The translations under genes were made by a program, and so were the position numbers. This document shows, in pieces, positions 44,140-57,761 of a DNA stretch of 64,000 nt. The notes beneath the pieces were generated by a model. That model saw only the letters and a program-made list of their open reading frames with translations. It had not been told where the DNA came from and searched no databases. Position 1 is the first letter of the stretch; each line of letters starts with the position of its first letter. The DNA is taken from the NCBI GenBank assembly GCA_020137815.1, contig CM035352.1:2976001-3040000 (forward strand), given 5' to 3'. This DNA is from Hormiphora californensis (taxonomy: Eukaryota; Animalia; Ctenophora).

Positions 44140-45004
44140 TTAAGACTTGATCCCAAAAGTATCGGAAAGATAATTTTAAGACCTTTTCAATGCAACCAAG
44201 ATCAGGTCTTTATCTTATCAGGAGCCAGAGATATGATCGAAACAATCGGAAAAAAACTTTCCCACGGTGCGTGGGAAAGTTTTTTGCGCGCCCCCGGTTC
44301 GCATTATTAAAAATCGGACTTTACTTATTTTCAAGAGGGCGTGATTATAATCTGGGTGCCTTGCAGCCTGTTTACAGTTGCACGCTACCAAAAGAGTATA
44401 CTTAGACCGACTTTTTTCAAACGGCTATAGCCATGGAACCACATGGCCGATTTGAGTAAACTAAACGGTATCAGTTAGAGAATCGATAGCCCTAACCGAT
44501 AACCCCAAACCAAACACTAACCAGACCCTAACGGATAGCCCTAACCCGTCGCGCGCGCCAAAACTACGAATTGTTAGCAGTGAAAGGCACCCAGATTTTA
44601 ACGTTTTCCTTTTCAAGATGGCCGTTTTCTTCAAAATTGCCGTTTGGTTCCTTTTTAATCTTTTCTCGTGTTTTTCTTTGCTCCACATTCATTGCCACAC
44701 ATTTTGTATTTTCTGTCACCAATTTGAGGATTAACAAAGCTCAGGATCGGTTTCTACAGCAAAAGCTGACCAGTAGGTCTGTCGGTTCTGTTGGGCATCA
44801 GTACCATGACTTGCCCCAACGGCCCATCTCTGGTCGGCTTTCTGTACATTAGTTTTGCTAGAAGTAGGCATTCAGTCTTTAGGGGTGATCAGAAGTCAGA
44901 TAAAAGAAAATGGCATTGTTAGAAAAGCCTGTAAGTTCCTAATTTAAGTGCTCTGTGCTAATGAAACTTTTTAGCACATAACACATTATTATAACCTATT
45001 AGAC

Positions 45005-48000
45005 ATGTCTTTGGGAAGCCTGTTAGACATGCGTACAGAGTCGCAGAAGCTATTAAAGAAACAGGAACTTGACCTACGAAAACTGGAATTAAAGTTGAAC
45101 AAGAAACAGGCCGGAGGAATTTCCCCTCCAGTTGGTCCTATCAAACGACGGGTAGCTGGCGGAAAAATTGTAAGTTATAACTCGAAAAATTTGACATTGA
45201 CATAATCCTACGATCAAATAATTGTTTTTTGCAATGACTGAGTAATTGGAAGGCCGCCAGGGCAAGTTTGAAGCGTCTGGAGGATGTGAAGCTCAGGGGG
45301 AGCCTTGACATGGACAACAGAGACAGCGTTAGCAAGCGCTTCTGGGGCCAGGTCAAGGTTAACTCTAAGACCACTCGTATTCCACCTATTGTTAACAATG
45401 GAGAGGTTTTTAGATCTAGTGGGGTTGAGCAAGCTAACTTATTTAACGAGTGTTTTGCATCTAATTTTTCTACCGCTAGTGATTATAGTGTGTTACCGGA
45501 TATTACTGATAATGGTTACGTTATGGAGTTCAGTGCTAGTGAGATTTACGATGTTTTGTCTAAGCTTAATGCTCGCAAAGCTGCAGGCCCTGACGACATT
45601 CATAGCGTTATCTACTGTGTGATTTTAAATGACTGAGACTGCTCTATCTGAAATTGTGTAAAAACTATGGCATCTTTCGACTTCAAATTTTGGGACACGA
45701 TAAAACATAATTTCTCATTTATTCTCCCAGATTTTCAGAACGTTTCCGTGTTCCTGAATGAACTTATTGCCATAAAACCTCCTCCAACTTTACACAGTCA
45801 TATCTCTGGAGTCTAATGAGATAGAGTGTTCAGATTTTTAGGAGAAACAGATAAGACGATTTTGAATGTTTTGTCTGCTTTACGAGTTGATAACTTTTAC
45901 CGTCTGTTCACAGGAACTGTTTAAAGTGATGTAACACGCTCTAATTAGGCCAAATTTAGGTCATTTTACCCCTCAAAGATCACATGTCCAGCTGATTCTA
46001 GTGGGCTAATGAGGCCTCTTACACGAATTCGTCACGTGTTACTGCAAGGATACCGCTCTCCCTTTTCACCTTGACCAAGCAGACATGATCATGGTGTCTG
46101 GAAGTGGTAACAAGCTGTAGGATACCAGACAGATGCTGCTCTCTACTTAAATCACTCTCTCGTTATATGGTCACGTGACTGGAATTGGGATCTCGACATC
46201 AGACATGATCACAATGTCTACAAAGCGTTCTCTCTCTCTCTCTCTCTTCTTGCTTTGTAGACATTAGGGGTTGCTAAGTTGAAAATTTTTGAATACTCAA
46301 TTTTAAAGTGTTGCACGTGTATTGGGATGTTCTAGGGACTAATTTCCGTGTTTTGAAATTTTAAAATTTCAAATTTTTTTTTCGATTTTTCCCCGATTTT
46401 TCACCGAAAACAAGGGTCACAAAAGTGGCTTGCGATCCTTAGTGGCTCAACCGTTTGTGCTGAAACTTCTAATATCAGTAGAAAATTACCCACTGAATAC
46501 TGGACATATTGTTCCAAAGCGATATTTTGAGTATACAGCAAGGTATACAAAATATAGTGCTCCATTGACTTCATTAACCCTAAAATTCCCATTATTTACG
46601 CAAAAACGCGGGTTATGAAAGTCGCTTGCGATCCTTAGTGGCTCAACCGTTTGGGCTGAAACTTCGGAAATCAGTAGAAAATTACCCACTGAATACCAGA
46701 CATATTGTTCCAAAGCGATATTTTTCAACTTAGCAACCCCTAGTAGACATTGTGATCATGTCTGATGTCGAGATCCCAATTCCAGTCACGTGACCTTATA
46801 ACGAGAGAGTGATTGAAGTAGAGAGCAGCATCTGTCTGGTATCCTACAGCTTGTTACCACTTCCAGACACCATGATCATGTCTGCATGGTCAAGGTGACA
46901 AAGGAGAGCGGTATCATTGCAGTAACACGTGACGAATTCGTGTAAGAGGCCTCATTAGCCCACTAGAATTAGCTGGACATGTGATCTTTGAGGGGTAAAA
47001 TGACCTAAATTTGGCCTAATTAGAGCGTGTTACATCACTTTAAACAGTTCCTGTGAACAGACGGTAAAAGTTATCAACTCGTAAAGCAGACAAAACATTC
47101 AAAATCGTCTTATCTGTCTCTCCTAAAAATCTGAACTCTCTATCTCATTAGACTCCAAAGATATGACTGTGTAAAGTTGGAGGAGGTTTTATGGCAATAA
47201 GTTCATTCAGGAACACGGAAACGTTCTGAAAATCTGGGAGAATAAATGAGAAATTATGTTTTATCGTGTCCCAAAATTTGAAGTCGAAAGATGCCATAGT
47301 TTTTACACAATTTCAGATAGAGCAGTCTCAGTCATTTAAAATCACACAGTATAAGGAATGTGCTGGTCCCTTGGCGCATCCCCTCTCGATACTTTATAAC
47401 CAGGCATACAATAGTTCTGCTCTTCCTAACATCTGGAAAGCTGCTAATGTGGTGCCTGTACATAAGTCGGGGGACACCAAGGATGTGCGCAATTACAGAC
47501 CTATATCGCTTACTTGTATCATTATGAAGATCCTAGAGAGATTGATTTATAACCGTTTACTTAGCGTTTGTATTAGTAAGCTTGACAGTAGACAGCATGG
47601 TTTCCTACCTGGTAGGTCGTGTCTGACTCAACTCGTCCTGTTCCTCGATGATTTGATTTCTAATGATAATGAGAGAGTTGCTACCGATATTATATATTTT
47701 GATTTCTCCAAGGCGTTTGACTCAGTTAATCACGACTTGATTCTGAGTAAAATCCGTAATAGATTTGGTATTGATGGCAAACTTCTGGGATTAATCAGGG
47801 TGTATCTTATGGGTAGAACTCAAAGAGTGGTTGTAGGAGGGTGTTTTTCTTCTTTTCTCTCTGTTCTTAGTGGTGTTCCCCAGGGTAGTTTGCTAGGGCC
47901 GCTTCTATTTGTGATGTTTATTGACGACATCACTGAGTGCCTCGTAGGTAACACCAAAATGCTGTTGTATGCAGATGACCTGAAAGTATGGAGTAAGGTT

Positions 48001-51000
48001 GCCTGCCTGCAGGAACACTTGGATTTGCAGTTCACAGTAGATTGTCTACAATCTTGGGCAGTTGCCAATAAGATGGTGTTTCACCCGGGTAAGTGTAAGG
48101 TAGTCTCTACCCGAACGAGCTATTGGGTTGCCACTTGGAGTCAGCTACCTTTCTATCTTTACTCCTACAAACTTGCCGGAGTTGTGCTCGATAATGTGGA
48201 TATTCAGCGATCAGATCTCGGTATCTATGTATGCTGGGATCTCGACTGGAGGTACCATTGTCAGTACATTCTTGGTAAGTTTACTGACAGATTTAACTTA
48301 TTACGTAGAACTACTGTAAAACCATTAATTTTCGTGAGATTTTAATTTTCGCTCTATATTTTTGGCTGGAAAATCCGCGAAAATTAATTCCGCGAAAATA
48401 TTTTTGGACGATTTTTCACAAAAAACTCGTGCAAATCATTGAGCTTGTAGAGAAACTTGAGCATTGTAGATGGGAGTAGTGGTAATAATGGTGTTAACAC
48501 TGCTCATATGACTGACTCTTGGCGTAATTAGACAATAAACGTGGACCGTGAAATGGGGGTGGCAGTGGGATTAGCGAAAATTAAAACCGCGAAAATAGTC
48601 AATTTTGATCGAATCGCGAAAATTAATGGTCGTGAAAATATCTGGTTTTACAGTATGTATATGATTGTAAACCCACACCAAAAACGTACCCTCTATGTTA
48701 CCCTGGTGCGCTCATTTCTTGAGCACTGCTCTCCAATCTGGACCCCACACCACGTGGGTGTTCTCAATGATCTGGAGGCTGCTCAAAAAAGATGCATTAA
48801 GTGGGTGTATGGTGTTAGCCCCCTCGATAGTTGGAGTGAGCGTGATTATTACGATAAACTAGTGACTCTTCGTATTTTACCCATTCGTGAGCAATTTTAT
48901 TTCAACGATATATGAAACTTTTATTCAAGATTATCCATGGCCTAGCTCCGTACGGCCTCCCGGGTTATATTTGTTATATTCTCCCTACGGATTACTCATA
49001 CAGGTCTAGACTGAATAAAGATATTGTTGACGGGGTCGATACTACAACTATCAAGTGTACTGTTGACCCTTGCACCAGTACTTTCCGTAACAGTTTTTTC
49101 TACCGATCTGTTAAAGCATGGAATTCTATCCCATATGAGATTAGACAAGCTACTTCGTATGATAGCTTTTGTTTACGTTTCAAATGCCACATTTTCAACT
49201 CTCTTGGTGACTAGGTTTAATTTCTATTTACCCCCCCCCCCCTATGTTACTTCCTCCATATACATGCGCTCAGTGGTTTTTGACCTCTACCTGTATCCTG
49301 CTGGCATACCAGCTGCAGCACATCTTCGTCAACTCGTCAACTCACCTCGCCTGCCCAACTCTTCGGTGTACACGGTGGCAGTGTTTGGGAGACAGCACGG
49401 GCTGAGAGATTTTTCATGGACTTGTGTTTCTGTGTGTATTTTACAAAATTACCGTATAGTAATTTTAATAGACTCTGTTAAGGTGTGTCCTGAGGGTGCC
49501 GCCTGTAACCGCGGGTTTTTACCCTGTTGGTGGAGCCCTATGAGCTCGTTATGATTTATAAATTTTCCCGTTTTAACTTTTTCACAATAACTACCGCCAC
49601 TACTTTTACCAGGTTATAAAATCAAAGCCTAGTAAGGGCCTGGTAATGCGTGTGAGGAATGATAGAATTAATGTGAGCAGTGACGATTCTGCAAGGGAGG
49701 ACTCAGGCGACGACCGACGAAAGAAAAAGAAAATTACCATCACCACCAGAAATGAGAGAAAATCTGCACCAGCCTCTTTGGGAAGGGAACAGGAACATCT
49801 ACTTCCCACATCCCGTGCAGTACCTCCTCCTAGTGCTCCTACTCCTACCTCTCTTCCTTACAATATACCACATGGATACCAACAACCACATGGCTACCAA
49901 CAACCACTAATTCTTCCCGTACAGTACATCCATGAGTGAGTAAAATGTGGGAATAACTGTACTTGGACCTTGGTACAGTTATTATCAAGTATGATTTAAA
50001 TACCGGACATGTTATTGTGTAACATGACCCAGGATAAGCACTTATTATGTAACCTGACCCTTTATCTGTGTAACATTACACCCAACGTTGTAAATTAACA
50101 TTCTACTTTCTCCCAGGCCTCCCGTACCCCGACGACGTGAACCAAGTGATGATTGCAGTATATGCCACCATCACACATCCCACCACCCCTCCCACCATCA
50201 CCACAGATCAAGATCACCTTATGAACGGCACCACCACCCTCCACCACCTCCAAGATATGCCTCACCCCCACCGGCCCCAAGATACGACCGGAGGTATAGC
50301 GAGGGAAGGAAGTATCATCAAGAGGCTGAGGAAGAGTTGAGGTACCCCGAGGAGAGGAGATCATACCGGCCAGCCCCGCAACAACAACAACAACCAAACA
50401 TCGTTAGGAGGACTCACCATCAGGTCGATATTGGGGATGAGAGAGGAGAAACACTACCTAGAGTAAGTTTCTTTTAGTGGTAACTGGTAATCATCATCTC
50501 TAGTGACATTGTATTATTTAGGTCCTATTTAGCTTGAAGTTGTAATGTGCCACCCATACGATATTGTTCAGTTTTTTATTGTTCTGAGTGTACAGGAGTC
50601 TGAAGAAGACCCAACTAACTTCTAAAATGGTCTTGCGAATTCCAATAGTGGGGGGGGGGGGTGCAGCCCAAAAAAAACCACCATACCCTGGATTTTCAAA
50701 AGTGTTGATTTTTTTTGGTCGTTTTTTATTTTTTTTGATTTTTTTTAATCTTTTTTTATTTTTTCCCTGCCCGGGTGGATGCCCGAAGGGCATCCACCCG
50801 GATGATCGTTTTAGCACGTGTGCTAAAAAGATCATAAAGGGTTTAGAAATCTCGGATTTGAAATAGTAACTCGAGCGTGGTCAAAATCGCGTGTGTCACG
50901 GTAGCAGCATAGTAACTGCTCCTTCATAAAATCAAATAACTGTTTTGATGAAATATGATGTCAGGACGCTTATTTTTCAAAGCTGTGCGCGGCGCTCACA

Positions 51001-54000
51001 ACACTGTTGCTGAAGGGGTGAGGGTAGAGTAAAACACCTGTGTAACTGCATATACAATATACATACAGGACGCATGCATCTCACATTGTGACCAAGCCTT
51101 GATATTGTGATACTGATAGTGTGATACTGATCCTGTCGACGGAGGGCAGGGAAACACCGCATTATGAATACATAATGCAATAATTCTTGTTGTTTTGTTC
51201 AAACGGGGAGGGAGGGTCGAACAAGGCAAAATTCTTGTTTTTTTTTTTTGATCTTTTTTATTTTTTTTGATCTTTTTTGATTTTTTTGATCTTTTTTGAT
51301 TATTTTTGATCGTTTTTGATTTTTTTAAAATTTTTTTGATCGTTTATGATTTTATTTTTATTCATTCTCAATGTTAAGGAGCGTGACTCTCTCACTCAGA
51401 GGATATATAGAGGTGGGCGAGTAGAGAGCACAACGGACGATATACAGTCGGACCCCGATTTAACGGCACCCTCGGGGGAAAGGGTTTTGTCCGTTAAATC
51501 GGGGTGTCCGTTAAATCGGGGTAGAGCATATTTGGCCCATAAAACCCTATTTGTGTCCAAAATACTATACTAAAACACCTCTAAGTAAATGCTATGTCCA
51601 TGTATTGATTACATGATCATTTCCGGTTAGAAAAATAAAATAATTTTAAAAATTTAAAAAAAAAAATTCTAAGGTACGTGTACTGGTATATCAACTACGT
51701 CCGAATCAGTGCATCTTATCGCATGTCTTGCTGCTAATTAGACGGTTCGGAACGAACCGATACGTGATACCATGCCGAATCGGGGCACTTTAAGCGGGGT
51801 GAGGAAGAATTCGAATTTCAAAATATCTTTTTCTCTGAAAATTCATGAGGAGCACCGATCAAAGCATTGACAATCATTCTGTAAAATTTTCCAAAAAAAA
51901 GTTATGAAAATTTTTCAAAGATATATCAACCACGTCTGAATCGTGTTTCGAATCAGTGCATCTTATCGCACGTCCTGTCGCTAATTAGACGGTTCGAAAC
52001 GAACCGATACGTGATCCCCATGGGGCCAGTTTAACAAGTGTCAAAATTGCGACTCGATTGGCCTCATGGGGATCACATATCTGTTCGTTTCGAACCGTCT
52101 AATTACGGGTAAGACCTGCAATAAGATGCACCGATTCGAAACACGATTCGGACGTGGTTGAAACACCTTTGGAAAATTTTCAAAAAAATTTCAAAAAAAT
52201 TTTCAAAAAATTGTTGGGGGAAATTTATCCTGCCGTTAAATCGGGGTGCCGCTAAATCGGGGGCCGTTAAATCGGGGTCCGACTGTATATGTTTTATAAT
52301 TTTGTTTAGTAATTTATTTCTGACGTGTTAGCGCAAGAGCGCATTTATTTCAATAACAACTGAGAACTCTCAGCATTAAAGATTTGTTTACGGGAGCACT
52401 CTCCCCCCAAAAAAAAATTTTATTTGATCGTTTTTGATTTTTTTAAAATTTTTTTAATCGTTTTTGATTTTATTTGATCGTTTTTGATTTTTTTTGAACT
52501 TTTTTGTTCAACATTAAACAATTAAAAAATATCAAAAACAATCAAAAAAATTAAAAAACGATCAAAAAAATTCAAAAAAAAATCAAAAACGATAAAAAAA
52601 AATCAAAAAAGATAAAAAAAAAATCAAAAACGACCAAAAAAAATCAAAGAAATTTCAACCAAAAAAACCAACCATACCCTGGGTTTCGGAAAAAGTTTGA
52701 ATTTTTTTGGGGCTGCACCCCCCCCCCCCCCCCAATAGTGAACCATAATACAGTTCAAGAGCCTCCAAGAACGCACCAGGACCAGGAGGGCACCCCAGAA
52801 GAGGTCACACACGCAAATACAACGCCGCGGACATCTTCTGCGTGTGGTATCCCCTGCACGTGGTATCTTCTGGCTGGGGAACTTTCTTGGATTTGGTGCG
52901 CTCTTGATTGTAGTCTCTCTTGGATTTGGTGCGCTCTTGATTGTGGTCTCTTCTGGGTGTGGTTCGCTCTTGGATATGGTCTCTTTTGGGTGTGGTTCGC
53001 TCTTAGAGGCTCTTGAACTATTATGGTTCACTATTTCCAGAACTTCACTAATTGTACATTGTTTTCCAGGAAAGGAAGCGAGGCCCGGTATCACCACGTG
53101 GTAATGGGGCTACAGCTGTTCCGGCGGCAAGAGTGGGAGGAGGTGGTGGTACAATTGAGGTTTATCGTGTTATGATTTCTAACCTCCATCCTTCCGTATC
53201 AATAACCGATATTGAGGTAATTCTTGTTGTTCTTCTTTGTCATTTCTCCTTCAGAAAGGGGTTCAATGACCCTTTCTTCTACTGCAGCCAAGCAGCTTGG
53301 ATGTAGAAGAAGGGGTCAAACTACCTAACTTTATATGAATATTGAAATGTAGTTGTAGGCAGCTGATCTGTAGTAAAACAAGCACCAGTGCTCACAACGT
53401 CCAAGTGTACACACTATTATACAAGGTGTACATGTTGTCTTCACATTTGTTTAACATGTTACCTGATCCTCTCACTATCCTCTCTCACTCTCTCACTATT
53501 TCTGTCTCTCTCTCCTCCCTGCCTCTCTATCTATTCCCTCTCTGTATGTGTCTGTTACCCACTAGCACCCTATATCCATCCCTATCCCTAACACTACTTC
53601 ACTGCAATATTCATACAGCTATAGATTCCAGATATATCTTTATTCGTTGTTATACGACTGCAGTGTCTGCTATCCCATGACAGACTGCAATATTTACTTC
53701 CGGATGGGAGAAGACAGTCTTTTGTTAGAAAAAGAAGAAATATATCTCTCTCCCTACCCCCACTGCTGCCATGCTGCACTGCAGTATTTCACATATATGG
53801 TACACCTTTTCAGGAGTTGTTTGTAGCCATTGACCGGATTGATGCCATCCAAATGTTGTACCCCGGTGTTGCTGAGGTGACATTTCTAAATGAGGAAAGT
53901 GCTGCTACCGCAATTGAAAAGTACCACAATAGACATCTTGATGGGCAGCCCATGCAGCTCAGTTACACAGTTGTTCAAAGGTGAGGGATAGGGAGTTAAA

Positions 54001-54621
54001 ACAGAGATTGTATATCACCATCATCATGATTCATCGTAGTTGTCAAATGTCATTATTCATTTCCATTTCTTACGGGGTCTTCTAAATTTCTACACCTCCT
54101 AAATCCATTAGCGATGAGGTTGTGCTAATCCCGGATATTACACGTGCACGCAGCACGATATACAACACATGTGTGCTGTGACCCACTTGCCTCACTTTTC
54201 CTGCTGGTATAACAGCCACTGCTGCAGCTGGGACTGGTGCAGTAGGGAGAGTGAGGCGATTCAACTTCCTCCCAGATGTTTGTTTTCATATCGACACCAC
54301 GTATATCATGTCACCTCAGCATTATGAACCATAGTATATTACATTCCACAGCTGGTACTAAAACTGGAAAAGAGTAACCAGAGTGTAACCAGTGACCACT
54401 TATATTGTTTTTATTAACCAGATGACCCTTTCAGATCCCATAAAGTAGCACGAGAGGCAAGACAGGAGGAGCGAGAAGAGAGGCCCGCTAGAGAGCCTGC
54501 TAGAGAGGACCGAGCCCCAGCTGTCAGACAAGAGAGACGACAAAAAACAAACTACCATCGGAGAAATGTTACAAAACAACAACCCTCCACCAAGTCACAT
54601 TCTTTTACTGTGACAATGTAA
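45005..54621 (+). CDS. POLDIP3: POLDIP3/SKAR-like RRM protein, 6 exons
   Basis: Exons 45005-45169, 49613-49935, 50117-50462, 53070-53216, 53814-53980, 54435-54621; all GT-AG with consistent phases. RRM VMISNLHPSVSITDIEELF...PGVAEVTF...KYHNRHLDGQPM; C-terminus SFTVTM. Confidence 0.85.
45615..47349. mobile_element. Large foldback element (TA TSD, ~610-bp arms)
   Basis: TA|CTGTGTGATTTTAAATGAC...GTCATTTAAAATCACACAG|TA; removal restores HSVIYKECAGPLA. Confidence 0.92.
46265..46742. mobile_element. hAT-type MITE nested in the foldback
   Basis: TIR TAGGGGTTGCTAAGTTGAAAA; 8-bp TSD GTAGACAT at 46257-46264 and 46743-46750. Confidence 0.92.
48314..48653. mobile_element. Tc1/mariner-type MITE
   Basis: TA|CTGTAAAACCA...TGGTTTTACAG|TA; removal restores LLRRTMYMIVNP. 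Confidence 0.88.
50650..52731. mobile_element. MITE with poly-G/poly-C termini in POLDIP3 intron 3
   Basis: (G)n-TGCAGCCC...GGGCTGCA-(C)n; TSD CCAATAGT at 50642-50649 and 52732-52739. Confidence 0.8.
51445..52285. mobile_element. Tc1/pogo-type MITE, nested
   Basis: TA|CAGTCGGACCCCGATTTAACGGC...GCCGTTAAATCGGGGTCCGACTG|TA. Confidence 0.9.
52736..53033. mobile_element. MITE related to 7866-8247
   Basis: TAGTGAACCATAATA...AGTTCAAGAGCCTC / GAGGCTCTTGAACT...TATTATGGTTCACTA. Confidence 0.8.
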
Positions 54622-55244
54622 GGGTGAACTTTCAAGAGATATTATTATTGGTTTAAAAAGGGCTTGTTTTGTTCAAGAGAGAGGGAGGGTCTAGATAGGC
54701 AAACCTGGACACAATGAACAATTCTTCTTCTTTGTCAATTCGACCGAAATTGTACGATATATATTGCTACATAACAACCATCTGGGTTTCCAATAATACA
54801 TTTATATTGCAAACAATTTTAAACCCCTCGTTTGACTGTCAGCTGTTTATACCAATAAAATAGTGTTGGCCTTCTGCTTCACTCTTCGGTTCTTCCCTTG
54901 AACGGTCTCAATTTTGAGGTTCGCTCTAACGGGATCGTCACGCGCGAAGTGGTTATAATAATGAAAGCTCATCTCTTTTCGCGCGCGCCCTAGAACCATT
55001 TTCGGAAAGATGGAATTCCAGATCTCCGATTTTGATTGGTACTGACTGGCGCCGCCAGACGCCGTTTTGATTTTTAGATCGGGCTTAGGTCGCCAGACAG
55101 TATTCGTTTGTAGGAATCAATAAAACGAGTCAAATTACAGTAAGTTGGGTATAAATTGCAAGGGCTCAATTACATAGGGGAAGAAAATTAACAAAAATAT
55201 CTTCTTTTTTCGACCAAGTAAAAGTAAACGAAACATGCAAAAAC

Positions 55245-56085
55245 GGGGGGGGGGGCCGGCTGAAGTTTTTGAAGTTTGAAGTTTTCCACCCTACTTTTTG
55301 AGTTTTTGAAGTTTTTGAAGTTGACTTCAAAAACTTCAAAAACTTCAAAAACTCTAAACTACTTTTATATGCTATCAGTGACTATTATTACACTTGTTTA
55401 GGTTAGTTTCATGCTTAATACATATTGTGGCAAAGTTATCCGTCCTTGTCTGCTCTTTTTCTACCACAAATTAGGATATTTACAACGATTCCTAGCCATG
55501 AAATCCATGGCACAATTTGGTGTAAAAAAATTATTTTTTTTGTAAAAACAGATTTTATTTCCATTCTATAACTCAAAAAATTGCCTAGAAAATGCTAAGA
55601 AAGTGTTTAAAAATTATGAAGTAAATTTTCAAAATTTTTTGGGGCCACACCCTTTTTGCCAGTTTCACAAAATCCAAATTTTTTATGAAGGGAGTAGTGA
55701 AAAAAATATGGACACCAAAATCATCAGCGGCCTCGAGTTAGTGGGGGTACGTGCCAAAATGAAGTCTCCACCTCATCTAATTCGGAAGATAATGGGATAT
55801 TTTCATAATTTTGTGTGTGCGCATGACTTTTTTTGGACTAGACCAGTTTTAATGGTTTATGAGTGACTATAGGATTTTTAAAGGGGTGCATCTTGTTCGG
55901 AATATGCAAGTTTATATAAGAGTTATGAAGCAACATAGGGCCTATCTCCAACGGTTTAGGAGATATGAGTTTTTGAAGTTTTTGAAGTTTTTGAAGTTTT
56001 CCACCCTAAGTTTCTCTTTGAAGTTTTTGAAGTTGACTTCAAAAACTTCAAAAACTTCAGCCGGCCCCCCCCCCCCCCCCCCCCC
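55245..56085. mobile_element. MITE with poly-G/poly-C termini
   Basis: (G)n-CCGGCTGAAGTTTTTGAAG...CTTCAAAAACTTCAGCCGG-(C)n; 8-bp TSD GCAAAAAC at 55237-55244 and 56086-56093. Confidence 0.88.
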
Positions 56086-56397
56086 GCAAAAACAACTTAA
56101 CCATCTCTCCATGTAAATAAATGTAGTTATTATTATCATCACACGATGAGAAAAGTCTGAAAGTAACGTGTATAAACGGTATTATTATGATATGACTAGA
56201 TCTAAATTGAATGTTAAGATTGCCTAAATAAATGATAGGGACACTGAGAGTCTCTCTCAGAGAGAGAGAGAGGTTAATAAAAAAGAGATATCAGAAGATC
56301 TGTAAACAAAAACGTCTGTGCTCTGGATATCTCATATCTGACGAGTCCTCTCCATGTTACTTCACTTTGAATGTGTCTTTGTGTGTGATGTCTACCA

Positions 56398-57700
56398 TTA
56401 GATCTGGGTAAATTCCCTACCCTGAAGTTGTTTAGTTTGTTCAAGTTCCGATCTAAGCCTACGGATAAGAGAGTTTTTCTCCTGTAGAGATCTCTCCAGT
56501 ATTCTTATCTTTGCGTCCTGAACGAAAGAGTGTGGTCAGAATAAATACGAACTGTTCATTTCTAGACATGGTAAACTTGATAAATTGAATATGTGCCCTA
56601 AATGGGGCTTTTTTAATATACCTGTTTGAAAGCTGTGCTCTCGAGTTCTATTAATCTCTCCTTAAGAGAGTGGCCATCCAGCCTATCAAGGCTACAGTGT
56701 GAACTATACTCCGATGTCGAGCATGCGTCTTTGTATTGTAGAGGTATTGGCTCGTTGCTGCCACAGGAAATGTTTGACAGAGATACCCCGTTGGATATTT
56801 TATCAAACCTGAGAAGGGAGTGTTGGGCATTGAGGGGGCAAGAAATAAGGGCTATTGTTGTGGTTCTCGAATTTCATTTATACGTCAAGTCGTGTGCCAG
56901 ACAAGTGTAAAGAAAGTTCGTTATGTGGTCATAATATCCAGTTTGGGGAGTCTATAAAAATACCTATGACTCATACCTCTCAATATCACGTTCACTCAGT
57001 CGATAACAAAATTCCTCCAAATTCCGTAGCCGCTTGTTTACCTCCGTCTGGGGAAGCTTAGTTTGGTTCTGTTCCAACATCGATCTCAACCTCTCGTTCT
57101 CCTGAAATCGAGTGAGAGTTTTTTACACGAGAAACAATTAACACGACATGCAAGCTACTGCAGGGGGGGGGGTGAGTATCAGGGCTGCCCCGGGGCGGCT
57201 CCATATCCACCCTTGGAGAGATGGATCGTTGGAATGTGTGGCGCGCACAAACTAGACAACAACACACAACCCTCTCACCACAACCCAGACCCCCGTCCTG
57301 CTAGTTGTTTGTGCGGGAGGCGCGAAAGAGCCACACACACTCACCTCTCGAAGGGCTATGTTTTGTTGTGCGTTGTACCCGCTCCCCTCCCTTAGTGATG
57401 TCATTTGTACGGACAGCTGGCTCAGCTTGTTGTGTAGGTTTTCATTGGCACGCTGACATCTATCGTACTCTGGGTGAAAATATAGGGGTTCGAGATCAGA
57501 TCGGAGTGTCTATAAAGTGGAGACTTAGAGGCGGAAATAAGAGAAAAATAAACTACTAAACAGACACACTGAAAACACTCACGGTGTGTAAGGTTGTTGT
57601 ACGCTTGTTGCAGGGACACTGAATCATTCTGACTATTGGTAGAGTTTGGTGGCTCTATGTAGGGGGGACACTTGTTACTAAACCTAGGATCAACATTCAT
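56398..57700 (-). CDS. Small coiled-coil protein of unknown function, about 120 aa, 3 exons
   Basis: Exons 57700-57583, 57469-57345, 56517-56398 splice in frame via GTGAGT donors and CAG acceptors: MNVDPRF...SLQQAYNNLTHQYDRCQRANENLHNKLSQL...DAKIRILERSLQEKNSLIRRLRSELEQTKQLQGREFTQI*. 3' end uncertain. Confidence 0.65.
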
Positions 57701-57761
57701 CGTATCAAGGAGTCATTGAGATCTTGTGTTACTGGCGGTGTGTTGTGGTGGTTAATCCATT

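Larger units (their letters stand above)
45200..49560 (+). mobile_element. CR1-like LINE (5'-truncated) in POLDIP3 intron 1, split by MITEs
   Basis: KAAGPDDI, NYRPISLT, QHGFLPGRSC, YFDFSKAFDSV, SGVPQGSLLGPLLF, YADD, EHCSPIWTP, SFFYRSVKAWNSIP; stop at 49214. Boundaries approximate. Confidence 0.9.

Noticed and set aside
44488-44548. Degenerate CCCTAACC repeats as an interstitial telomere
   Set aside because: Few, irregular units; such motifs are common inside non-autonomous repeats.
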